Source: Flectonema sp. DT1601
Lineage: Eukaryota
Length of the DNA stretch: 34,000 nucleotides
Reading direction: 5' to 3'
NCBI GenBank assembly: GCA_964019425.1
Contig: OZ025794.1
Span: 1,426,001-1,460,000, forward strand
The notes beneath the pieces are model-generated. The model was not told the origin of the DNA. It worked only from the letters and a program-made list of their open reading frames with translations, and searched no databases. The translations under genes were made by a program, and so were the position numbers. How positions within the stretch are numbered: position 1 is the stretch's first letter; each line of letters begins with the position of its first letter. Positions 1 through 10,087 of this stretch are shown piece after piece.

Positions 1-2247
1 TATCCTTGTACATGTATTGCTTCAATAGTAATCCCGAGAGGATTAGCTCATCATGAGGACCCATTTTGTAGTCAATCTGAGTCAGCGGAATCCACGCCAT
101 CAAAACCTAACTCTCCCTACAACTCAATCGGACTCGACTTCGAACTTGGTCGTCTTGTCAGCGTCGTTGAAGGTTCCTGTGGTGATCTTGCCGGGTTAGA
201 GTACTTCATAGGCCACAGACTAACTCATATTAATCATGATGAAGTTTCTGAACAGAATCTCAACACTTTATTTGATACGACTTCAGACCCAACAGCTCTT
301 TACTTAACATTTGAACCTGAGGAAGGTCCGGTTATATTTCCTGCCTACTGCTATTTAGAAAAAGGTGACGTCCTCTTGTTTGAAGGAACTCACATGCTTC
401 TCCACAAGGAACACGACTCTCAATCATGTTTAGTTAGAAGGAGACAGCTTCATGATAAAAAGATTACTTACACAAAAGGTTGTTGTGATCACACTGATTT
501 CTTGCCAAAGTTAGAACGCAGTAATTTTGGCTCAGGTGGATTAGATTTGAGAAAATTATTTGAAAGGAAATCAAAAGAACTGCTACTGCGAGACCTTCTT
601 GATGGAGGAAGTAAAATAGGAAAACAACCATTCGAGATATTGACCGGATATAATGATTTGTATTTTACGATGCAGTCATTTGACCAAACACCTCTACCGA
701 TGAGACAAGAGGTTTGGATGAACGATCTCGAATACGGTCGACAATTCGTTGATGGTGCTCTTTGTTTAACAATAGAAAGATATAATCATAACGCCGTCAC
801 TTCATCTTCTTCTTTTTGTGTGAAAGATTATCACCTTCAGGATGCTCTCTGTACTTCAAAAACAATCTCCGAATTGGAATCTGCTGGAGTTTTATTCATC
901 GCTGATTTCAGTATTGTCAGAGACCTTCCTTGTAGAAGTGGTATGTGATGTTTATTTATTTTTAATCATGCTCATTGCTGAATTTATTTTTTTCAAAAGA
1001 TTTTAAAATAAAACTCAAACACAGGATGCTACCTTGCCGCACCTGTTATTCTGTTTTATTACAGTAAGGAAGTACAGAGCTTACTACCTGTTGTAATTCA
1101 GTTGAATCCGGGTGATGCATTCTTATGGACCCCTCGTTCATGTACAACAGCGGAATGGACGATAGCAAAGACTTTGGTAATGTGTGCAGGTGCTCATGTT
1201 GTGTTCTTTGGACATAAGATAGCGAGAACGATGATGGGAATAGAACATTTTGTGTTGGCAACGAAGAGATATTTCTCTGATTCTCATCCGCTATTTAAAT
1301 TATTATATCCCCACTGCGCTGGTACACTTGCTGCTATCGCACAAGTAAAGCAGTATCTGTTGAGTGAGGATGGACTCTGTTCTGTGTTCTCTCTTTCTCA
1401 TTCTGGTCAAACTCTTTTAATTGAAAGATTTCTTAGGAAGTGGACTCTCGATAACAACAACCACACCTCTGACATCATTAATCGCGGTGTTGATTCTATA
1501 GAAGGATATACTTACAGGTATGGTTGTTTCTTATTTAGGTACTCAAAAAGTTTAATCAAAACTAAATAACAACAAAACAGAGACTTTGGATACACAATTG
1601 AGTCGTCAATAGAAACTTACATATCGAACATGTTATCAATTATGTACATCACTTCACAAGATTACTTAGATGATATTGAATTAGGTGAATGGTGTAAAGA
1701 TTTAAAGATAAAGGTTCCCGACAAGGAAGGATTAACAAAACTACTTACGACTTTTGTGTATTCTGTTTCGGTAAGACAGGCGGTTTTGTCGCATTGTCTG
1801 TGGGATACTTTTGGTTGTGTTCCATACTCTCCGTTTGCGTGTTACGAGGCTCCTCCTGTTTGTACGCAACCAGCGAGATCAGACGAAGAGGTGGATACTT
1901 ACATGCTTGATATCCTTCCAGGGAAGTCATCATCAGCTCATCAGGTGGTGTTGACTTGGATGTTAGCAACTTCTAACTTCACACCTCTCTCAGATGCTTA
2001 TCAACTTTGTGATGTTCTCAATCGACCTCAAGAAACTGAAGGAGCTCTCCTCCCACTTTCTCACTGGAATGAAGACCTGACACTTCATCCTGACCTGCAT
2101 AGTGTTCATGTTGCTTTTCAGAATGCACTTGTTCAGGCAGCGGATTCCTTTGATGAAATAAACAGCAATCTGGTTTACCCTTACGTGTATCTCAGTCCTT
2201 ACGCTATTCCTAATAGTGTCACACCTCCTCCAGTGAGACGAGTGTAG
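1..2247 (+). CDS. Lipoxygenase-family protein, 5'-truncated by the window; exons <1-940, 1025-1517, 1581-2247; probably catalytically inactive
   Basis: Frame 1 is open from base 1. Splicing GTATGT(941)..ACAG(1024) and GTATGG(1518)..ACAG(1580) gives continuous LOX motifs: IFPAYCYL..FEG (PLAT end), WMNDLEYGRQFVDG, YLAAPVILFY..LLPVVIQL, EWTIAKTLV, HPLFKLLYPH, YTYRDFG, DIELGEW, YPYVYLSPYAIPNSV. Confidence 0.9.
941..1024 (+). other. Spliceosomal intron (84 nt) in lipoxygenase-like gene
   Basis: GTATGT donor, ...AACTCAAACACAG acceptor; contains an in-frame stop; removal restores the SG-CYLAAP LOX motif. Confidence 0.85.
1518..1580 (+). other. Spliceosomal intron (63 nt) in lipoxygenase-like gene
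   Basis: GTATGG donor, ...AACAACAAAACAG acceptor; removal restores YTYR-DFG (LOX YRDDG-like motif). Confidence 0.85.
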
Positions 2248-2676
2248 GAGGAGGAGGAGGGGGTTGTATTGCAGCTATCGGATTCTAATATACTTTCCAA
2301 CACTGCGTTGTGACACCAGCTGGAGGGTCGTGTCGATTTGTTGCAGAACTTATTTTGGTGGAAACCTGCGCGGACACACAAGTGTAAATTGAGGCGAGCA
2401 ATTACACCTTGCCTTGGATTACCTTCTTCACTTCGAGCTACTCTGATTCCCATGTATTTGTAGTACGTCATTTACACATATAACTTTATCATCCATTCCC
2501 TTTATAAGTAATATTGTATTAATCTTTTTAGTGTTTGCTATTCTTATTTATTCTATTTCATAATTGGTAGGTCTTCCCCATGCGAGGTGAAGTAGACATT
2601 TCTTTCGGTGACGTACTTTTTCTTACACCACTTTTTCACAGCAACAACAACAACAAAAAGGGAAAAGAATAATAAA

Positions 2677-3060
2677 ATGGCAGTCGGTGGCAGTAGTAGT
2701 GGTTCACTTCCTGAGATGGTGTCGAGTATTTTTGGGATTTTCATGGCGTTTAAGATTGCGAGTCTTGTGTTCACTATGGTGACTAGAAAGGATGTGATTA
2801 CAGCTATATTATCAATTCCTGTATCGTATGCAGTACTCAGAGGATGTATCTCAACACAAGTAAACATTACTCAAACGCTTACTCTTTCTGTTGGAATGGT
2901 AATGATGAAAGGTCTGTGGGGTACTACGGAAGCTATAAAGGAATTTGGAGAGATTTTGATGGCTCCTCCACCATCTCAAGAGCAAGCAGCACCACAACCG
3001 AATAGAGCTCAGAGAAGAGCAGCGTTAGCTTCTGCAAAGAAGAAGGGAAAGCTGGCGTAG
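2677..3060 (+). CDS. Small hypothetical membrane protein (~127 aa, 2-3 hydrophobic segments, basic C-terminus)
   Basis: ATG at 2677 after T-rich acceptor TTTTTCACAG (~2642) and an A-rich leader; hydrophobic helices; NRAQRRA..KKKGKLA tail. Confidence 0.65.
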   Translation: MAVGGSSSGSLPEMVSSIFGIFMAFKIASLVFTMVTRKDVITAILSIPVSYAVLRGCISTQVNITQTLTLSVGMVMMKGLWGTTEAIKEFGEILMAPPPSQEQAAPQPNRAQRRAALASAKKKGKLA

Positions 3061-3599
3061 AATATCTAACTGAGTATCGGATTATAATAATACTCGTGGC
3101 TGAGTACTTCTCTCTTACTCGCCATTCATGATACACAACCCGCAGTGCTCAGAGAGTCTTCATTCAGAGTTGTGTCTCAAAAGTGAATAGTAAAATATGT
3201 TTTGAACTTATGAAAATATTTTAGCTGATTGGACTGACTGCCAACAGCGAAGTGTCTGACGTGACGAGTTGCTCCAGAGCGCAAATTTTGTTTATTATTT
3301 TCTCTACTCTTTCAGATGTTAAGAAACAAAATAATCCATTCACATGCTAGTTAACGGTACGGCCTGATGCAAGAGAAGAGATCTCCCCTGTCTTTTCCAT
3401 GCACATCCACCAGACACCCTACTGCACAAAAGAGTGCAGCTTTCCAGGGTAATTGTCCCTGTCCCCGCTTGATGCATTTCAAAAAGAGACGACCACGTCA
3501 TCCATTCAGATGATCGCTGTAATAAAGTGATTGCAGTCACACGAATGCTAATTATTCTTTTTTTCTTTTTTCAGATCTCATACACATTTTCCCAAAATA

Positions 3600-4946
3600 A
3601 TGAGATTTGACTGCTCATTTGAAAGTGGAAATATTGGTAAGGTCCAGGCCCTGAATGAATACGAGTACGACATATCACTTAGACATGATACTAATAATCC
3701 TCACTACAGAGTTTGGTTTTACTTCTCAGTTAATCAACTCCAGAAGAATCAACGTGTTGTGTTTCACATAATTAACGGATCCAAAGCAAAGAGTTTGTAT
3801 CGAATTGGAATGACGCCGTTGGTATGTTCGACCTCGAGACCGAAGTGGGAGAGAGTTCCTCAGAAACAAGTTTTTTATTATAGATCACAGAGATTTAAGA
3901 AGAACTACGTGTTGTCAATTGCGTTTAATTTCGATAGGGATGATGACACTTATTACTTTGCGTATTGTTATCCTTATTCTTTTACGTTTTTACAAAAGTT
4001 TTTAAACCACGTTGAGAATCAGAATTTTAGTTTTTTCAAACGAGATCTCCTTTGTCGGACTGTTCAACAACGCAGAGTTGACATCCTCACGATTACATCC
4101 CCATCACGTCTGAACCCTCAAGGTGATCGTAAGAGGACGGTGTTTTTAACAGCTCGTGTACATGCGGGAGAGACACCTGCTTCGTTTATCTGTCACGGAT
4201 TACTTTGTTATTTACTTTCAGATCATCCTGGTGCTGTTGTACTTAGGGATTATTTAATTATTCATATTGTTCCAATGTTAAACCCTGATGGTGTATTTCT
4301 TGGTAACTATCGATGTTCATCTGTTGGATACGATCTGAATAGACATTGGTTGAACCCAAGTGCCTGGGCACACGCTCCTATAAAATACACCAGAGATGAA
4401 TTACTGAGATTACACGGAGACGAGACTGTTGATTTAGATTTCTTTATGGACATTCATGCACACAGTACCTGCACTAATGCTTTTATGTTTGTTAATAGCG
4501 GACGTACTCCAACTTGTCCAGAAGAGAAAGAAACGATGTTATTTCCGAAATTGTTGGGCGGAAATGATAAATCTTTTTCAGCTCAAAATACTCGATGTTG
4601 TAAAGAAAGTTCTAAGATAGGAACAGGCAGGCGTGTTATTGGTGAAGTACTTCACGTTGCTCCTCACTGCTATGCCTTAGAAGTTAGCATGTATTGCTTT
4701 ATGGATCATAAACAGCGACTCATCCCTTTTACTGAAGACCTGTACCTCGACCTCGGTCGTAACATCGCTATTACGTTTTTGGAATTCTACAAACTGAACT
4801 CGCTGTTGTTGCCATCGCCACAACAAATGCCTCCTGCCGGAATCGAACCAGCTGGAAATTCTAAAGATAGAAGTATTCAGCGAACCTCATCAACAAAGAG
4901 GTGGGAACAGCAAGGCAAACACCGCAGTGCGAGTAAATTAAAATAG
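3600..4946 (+). CDS. AGBL4: Cytosolic carboxypeptidase (M14D tubulin deglutamylase), CCP6/AGBL4-like
   Basis: FESGN N-terminal motif, WFYF, YPYS, Zn-binding HAGE, NPDG, GNYR, DLNR, DIHAH, catalytic LEVS. Confidence 0.9.
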   Translation: MRFDCSFESGNIGKVQALNEYEYDISLRHDTNNPHYRVWFYFSVNQLQKNQRVVFHIINGSKAKSLYRIGMTPLVCSTSRPKWERVPQKQVFYYRSQRFKKNYVLSIAFNFDRDDDTYYFAYCYPYSFTFLQKFLNHVENQNFSFFKRDLLCRTVQQRRVDILTITSPSRLNPQGDRKRTVFLTARVHAGETPASFICHGLLCYLLSDHPGAVVLRDYLIIHIVPMLNPDGVFLGNYRCSSVGYDLNRHWLNPSAWAHAPIKYTRDELLRLHGDETVDLDFFMDIHAHSTCTNAFMFVNSGRTPTCPEEKETMLFPKLLGGNDKSFSAQNTRCCKESSKIGTGRRVIGEVLHVAPHCYALEVSMYCFMDHKQRLIPFTEDLYLDLGRNIAITFLEFYKLNSLLLPSPQQMPPAGIEPAGNSKDRSIQRTSSTKRWEQQGKHRSASKLK

Positions 4947-5859
4947 TTTTGATTACCTCATCGAAATCACTTGTTGACAAAACACTCTTTTTAACCATCT
5001 GCGTTGTATGACTTGTTGTTGTTAGTAGTTAGAAATATCTTTTACAGACTTATCGTTTTGTTTCCTCTTTTTTTTTTCTTAATTTTCAGAAAGCCTGAGT
5101 CCAAGAATCACAAGTATCAAATGTCTTCTTATTTTTGGTTCTATCCTTCGATACATTTATCGGAGAGACACCTGCGATCAAAAAAAACTAATTTCTGGTT
5201 GAGGTTCGTGTCGTCTTATTATTCTTCCCTTTATCACTTGTCTGCCTTCCCCTTAGAGATTTGGTTAGTCGTTTATTATTATTCTTTTTTGCTTTTTAAT
5301 TATTTTTTTTGTTGTTTCTCGATTATTCGTCCTGGTAAGTTACTTCGTATTTATGTACGCAGATTGTGAGTTTCGAGCCAATAATGTGGCGCCTACTTCA
5401 CCTGTAAAAGTACAAATATTGCCGACAGACTTTATCAAAATGGACTGTTTCCTGCGCGGGTTCGGTTCGGTAAAGTTACTGACTTCACTTTTATAATTTT
5501 TTTTTTTTTTTTTTTTGGATTTCCGTAGTGTCCTACCACATCACATAAACAGAGAGTGAGAGAGAGATGGAAACCAACCAACTTTCATCTATTACAGTAA
5601 AGTACATTTGGTAGTAGAAATACACGGCGAGTAATTAGTACTTCGTAGTCGACAACAGTTCAGCTTTCGTATAGAAATCGATTGATTTATTATACTTTTA
5701 GTAGTTTTATATTTATATAAATAATATTTACTTTTCAGCTTATGTATCAGACGACGGAATGGGTTGTGATCTTCACGTGATTATCACTGCCAGCCATCAG
5801 TCATGTTAATTCTTTTTTTGTTACCGACAGGACTAGTTGCGCAGAAATAAAATAATAAA

Positions 5860-6326
5860 ATGCCGAAGAAAGAAAAGATACCAATGTGGATGTGGGCACT
5901 CGTCGGCTTCTGGGTGTTGGTATGTTCTTATCTACTTAGTGAGCTTCATTTGTATAAATAGTTGTTTTCAACACAAATATAAAACAGTCAGCAATCTTGT
6001 TAGTTGTAGATTACATTAATCCACTTGGTATTGAATGGCCAGAATCTGTTCTTGAGAGAGCAAGAGGTATGTTCAATTATTGATTTGATTATTTTATTGG
6101 ATTCGTTCAACAGAACTATTTGGAGATAACAACAACCACTACAGCTACCCACATACCAGCAACACCTGCTGCTGCTCCGGAAGGTGACGCTACTGAGGAT
6201 GCTGAGCCTGCAACAGAAGCTCCAGAAGAAGCCACAGCAGAGAAGGCTGCAGAAACTCCAGAGAAGGCTGCGGAAACTCCAGAAAAGGTTGAGGAGCCTG
6301 CAACAGAGAAGACTGATGAACTCTGA
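5860..6326 (+). CDS. Three-exon small protein (~106 aa): N-terminal hydrophobic anchor, acidic A/E/P-rich tail, C-terminal TDEL; exons 5860-5919, 5988-6066, 6145-6326
   Basis: Introns GTATGT(5920)..AAAACAG(5987) and GTATGT(6067)..CACTACAG(6144) give MPKKEKIPMWMWALVGFWVLSAILLVVDYINPLGIEWPESVLERARATHIPATPAAAPEG...EKTDEL*. Confidence 0.7.
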
Positions 6327-6591
6327 GAGGGAATTGAACCCATGCGTGGCTTCATTTCGAGTTTTGCTTCCCGTTCCCCAGTTTCGTTGACTGCCTTCTG
6401 ACAGGCCGAGTGACAACTTATTAGTGTCCCGTATGAACGGGTGTTCCCTCATGTGTGATTCATGTGAAGAAGTTATAAATTATTTTTACTTTTATCTCTC
6501 GTAGCAGGTGACTCCGTAGGAATAGAAAGGAAGAACAAATAAAGTCTGAAGTGATTTAATCATATTTTATAGTTAATACACACACAGTAAG

Positions 6592-7590
6592 ATGTGCAAG
6601 TCGAGTACTATCCTAGCAGCCTATCCCAACATCACTACTGGGGCTGGTGTTTGCGCAGCCGCAGCAGCAGCAGCAATGGCGATATTGTTATGTAGAAGGG
6701 AAGTAGTCAACAGTAGTTCTTCAAAGATGACTATCGGATCGTTTAACGCATTGCAAAGAGGATTTGAAAGGAAAAATTACGCGACATATGTCTCTGAAGA
6801 AGTCCGCAGCTGGAAATACCGACAAGTGCTATTAAAGAAACTTCTTCCTACTTTAGGTGACATCATTGCTGTACAAGAGTGTGAGATAGAAACTTTTGAA
6901 GAAGATTTCGGATTCATGTCCGACCACGGTTACGATTACATCGCCCCATTCGACAAGACAGCTGTGAAGGATCCCAGCAAGCGAAGACTCGCAAAAACTG
7001 CAACTTTTTTTAAAAAATCAAAATTTGAACTGATTTGGCACAGCCACCGATCCAGAACCCTTCTTTGCGCAGTCGTTGAACGAACAACCCAGCATATGAT
7101 ATGGATGGTCAACTGTCACTTAGAAGGTCATCCTATGAAAGTTTCACAACGAGTCTCACAGATTGCAAGCGCCTTCCGCAGTATAGAGTCTCAACAACGA
7201 AAAATGAAACTGCAACCAGAAGAATGTAACATAGTTGTTTGTGGTGATTTTAACTGCAGTAGTGAATGTACTCCAGTTGACTTTGTGTTGAATGGAAGTC
7301 TTAATGAAGATGACAGAGATCCGTGGAACACTAATGAACCTGTTACTAAGTCTCATATCTCACATTGTTATAAAATGAGTCGAGCTACTAATGGTGCGAA
7401 AACATTTTTAGGATCATCTGGGAACTCGCAAACTATTGATTTCATTTTCTTATCTAAAAACTTTACCACTGAAATAGTAAGAGAACCATACACTCGATCT
7501 CAGTGGAAGGATGCACTGAAGACAAGTGTTCCTAATAAGTGGCATCCTAGTGATCATTTCCCAGTGGCGGTAGCAGTTAGTCTCTCGTGA
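6592..7590 (+). CDS. Endonuclease/exonuclease/phosphatase (EEP) family protein, CCR4/nocturnin/PDE12-like
   Basis: Motifs SFN, AVQE, NCHL, CGDFN, TIDFIF, PSDHFPV; Ala-rich hydrophobic N-terminus. Confidence 0.9.
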   Translation: MCKSSTILAAYPNITTGAGVCAAAAAAAMAILLCRREVVNSSSSKMTIGSFNALQRGFERKNYATYVSEEVRSWKYRQVLLKKLLPTLGDIIAVQECEIETFEEDFGFMSDHGYDYIAPFDKTAVKDPSKRRLAKTATFFKKSKFELIWHSHRSRTLLCAVVERTTQHMIWMVNCHLEGHPMKVSQRVSQIASAFRSIESQQRKMKLQPEECNIVVCGDFNCSSECTPVDFVLNGSLNEDDRDPWNTNEPVTKSHISHCYKMSRATNGAKTFLGSSGNSQTIDFIFLSKNFTTEIVREPYTRSQWKDALKTSVPNKWHPSDHFPVAVAVSLS

Positions 7591-8007
7591 TCTGTTATTA
7601 GATTCTTTCTGTCCGAATACCACTTGGTCTTGAGGTGGTCCAGGGGTTGCTTTAATTTCCGAAACCTAACTAACATTTTAAATCCAACATAGCAACGTGT
7701 TTCACGGTGTTGGTACTCAACTGATGCTTTGATTCTAACCCTCGACATCAGTTGTCTCCTCTCTATTGCAACATGTTTCCTTCTATCCCTAGGTGTGTGT
7801 GCAGTATCGTTTTCGGTGTAAATTGGATGAAAGTTATTTATTATTTTGTTTTCAAAAATAGGAAACTTCACATGGAAACCGAACTGAAATTCAGAGAATT
7901 TGAACTACTAATTAAACAGAAATTATTTTACATAAATCCGTAGCAGGCTACCACACATATTTGTGATTACTTCCCTCAACAGATTATATACTTCTGATTA
8001 CTATCTA

Positions 8008-8467
8008 ATGATCCATCCAAATGTTTTGGACAAGTTGTCTGTCGCTGAAACCAGATTCTGGGGACTGCAGCTCACCAGCGGTAAGAAAGTAATTGTCGGG
8101 TTTGAAGAAAGAGATTTATTAATTACAAATGTCGCAGTTCGAAGCGGAAACACTGGCAGTCTACAAGTGACCAGCGATGCCGGGGCTGCAGTCGTCGCAA
8201 AATTATCAGAAGCTGCACCTTCTTCAAAAGTTTGGTTTCGGGTAATGGCCGGTCAGAAGTGTACCCTTCACCCGAAGGGAGAGATCGACGTCTTGGGATA
8301 CTCTGTGGTATGTATTTAGTGATTTGAGTACCTTCAGATTACTAATTAATTAAAACATTCTAAAACAGGACACAAGTGAAGAACAAGACCCAGACATGGA
8401 TGACTTGTTGCCTCCAATCGATCTTCCTGTTGACAAATACCTAACTAATGCTGAGCTTCGAAGGTAG
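8008..8467 (+). CDS. Nucleoplasmin-like (NPL) domain protein with acidic tail; exons 8008-8307, 8369-8467
   Basis: FWGLQL..GK, LLITNVAV, IDVLGY resemble the NPL fold; intron GTATGT(8308)..TAAAACAG(8368) adds the acidic tail DTSEEQDPDMDD. Confidence 0.7.
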
Positions 8468-9063
8468 TGAAACTGTCATCGGGTTTGTTGTATTCGATTT
8501 GTTCATCTGGTTTGGATGAGAGCGTTGAGAACTCGTTGGAATCGATTCTCTTATCGAACTTCAAATTGAAGTCAGACTTTGAAATTCAGTAGAGTCGCAG
8601 TGCTCTACCAAATTACGTTCGTTTATCGACTGAAGTCCTTTTGTTGCTCTTCAATTATATCGATCGGGTTAGTCGGGTTAGGCCCTTCGGAGAGTTAGCA
8701 GCAGCTCTTTATTTTCTGATGGCTCAGCCGTCTATCAGCTGCCGGAGGTAGTCCCTCAGCTACAGTCAGACCTCATCATCAGAGGAAGTACTGACTGGTG
8801 TATCAGTTGTGAATTGTTGTTCTTTCGCAAAGTAAATCAAATCAGAAGAAGAAAAAGAAATAAAAGTTAGCTTTAGTCCAATTACGATTATCGACAGTCG
8901 TCGTCTGTTGGTAGGATTCTAGTTTTGAATAATTATTAACAACACAAAATAACAACAGTAACAGCAACATGCGATACCAACAATAGAAGCAGAGTAGTTG
9001 AGAGAGGTAATAAATTAATTATTTTTCCTCCCAAACACGCAGTGCAAACTCAACAAGAATAAG

Positions 9064-9825
9064 ATGCCGCTTGCCGAGAGGTCGTTAGCGACATTCGAAG
9101 TCAAAGAGAAGTCATTGCGAAAGGCTGTCTCAGGACATGGAACTCTGTGCTGCAATCATGGAAGTGGAAATGGGATTCAGTGGGCGCATTTAGAAAGGAA
9201 ACCTTCACTCTCACCAGGAGCGAGTCCATTAAGAAGAGGATCAATAAGTAGCTCAGCTGTGAAGAGTCCAACAGAATCTTGCATCTCAGTCAGCACTCAG
9301 GCAACTCAGAGAAGCTGCATTGCTAAAGACAATACCGACGTTAGAAAGTACAGCAGCAGTGCGAGGATTGGAATTAAAATAAATCCTTACCTGACTCCTG
9401 TTAACACAAGTCTTATTAAAAAACTTCTATTCTGTTTCCGACCAAGAACAATAATGCGAGGGATGTCAATGAGTGGGTCAACGTGTTCATCTTATAATGT
9501 ATCAGAGGGTGCAGCACAACCAAGAGTTGATGCTGCAGGTATTTTAGATATCATCGAATATTGGCTTCCAATTCCGAAAGTTCAGAGAAAGGGAACTCGT
9601 CGTTCTGTTGTTTGTCTTCAGCCTGCAATTGAAGTCATCGACTACCACAGTGATGAAGCAAAGAAATATGGAAAGCCAACCCGTCTGAACATTGAACATC
9701 AACAATTAGATCAAGTTTTAGCTGTTCCTGTTCCGCAGAAAATATTATCAACCACTGCTCGTAAGAACATGAGAAAATCACGACCTCCTCAAGTAAAAGC
9801 CGGCTGCGAATGTATTATTTCATAA
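9064..9825 (+). CDS. Hypothetical Ser-rich protein with C-terminal CaaX (CIIS) prenylation motif
   Basis: 253-aa ORF after acceptor CACGCAG; ends GCECIIS*. Confidence 0.65.
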   Translation: MPLAERSLATFEVKEKSLRKAVSGHGTLCCNHGSGNGIQWAHLERKPSLSPGASPLRRGSISSSAVKSPTESCISVSTQATQRSCIAKDNTDVRKYSSSARIGIKINPYLTPVNTSLIKKLLFCFRPRTIMRGMSMSGSTCSSYNVSEGAAQPRVDAAGILDIIEYWLPIPKVQRKGTRRSVVCLQPAIEVIDYHSDEAKKYGKPTRLNIEHQQLDQVLAVPVPQKILSTTARKNMRKSRPPQVKAGCECIIS

Positions 9826-10040
9826 GTTCGTACATAAGCAGCGTCTTTTTATCTGCGAGGTCACTCAGTCGGTGAATCTTTCACTTTTTCCTCATTCTTC
9901 TTTTTTTTCTTTTTCTTTTTGAACCGACGAAGTCGGAAAATGGAACCATTTCAGATTGAGATCCACATCGCTGTAATCACATCGCTCATCTGATTCCGTG
10001 ATGGCATCACCTTAGAATCCTTGTATGGGATTGGGAACAC

Positions 10041-10087
10041 AAAAACCAAAGGGGGGAAAATAGTTTTTTTTCCCCCCTTTGGTTTTT
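10041..10087. repeat. Perfect 20-bp inverted repeat with 7-nt loop
   Basis: AAAAACCAAAGGGGGGAAAA (10041-10060) / TTTTCCCCCCTTTGGTTTTT (10068-10087). Confidence 0.85.

Noticed and set aside
5004..5369. 121-aa hydrophobic ORF
   Set aside because: TTG start, T-rich 3'-UTR-like composition
8740..8800. CTGATGA on the minus strand suggesting a hammerhead ribozyme or C/D snoRNA
   Set aside because: No properly placed GAAA core or stems; could not support a fold
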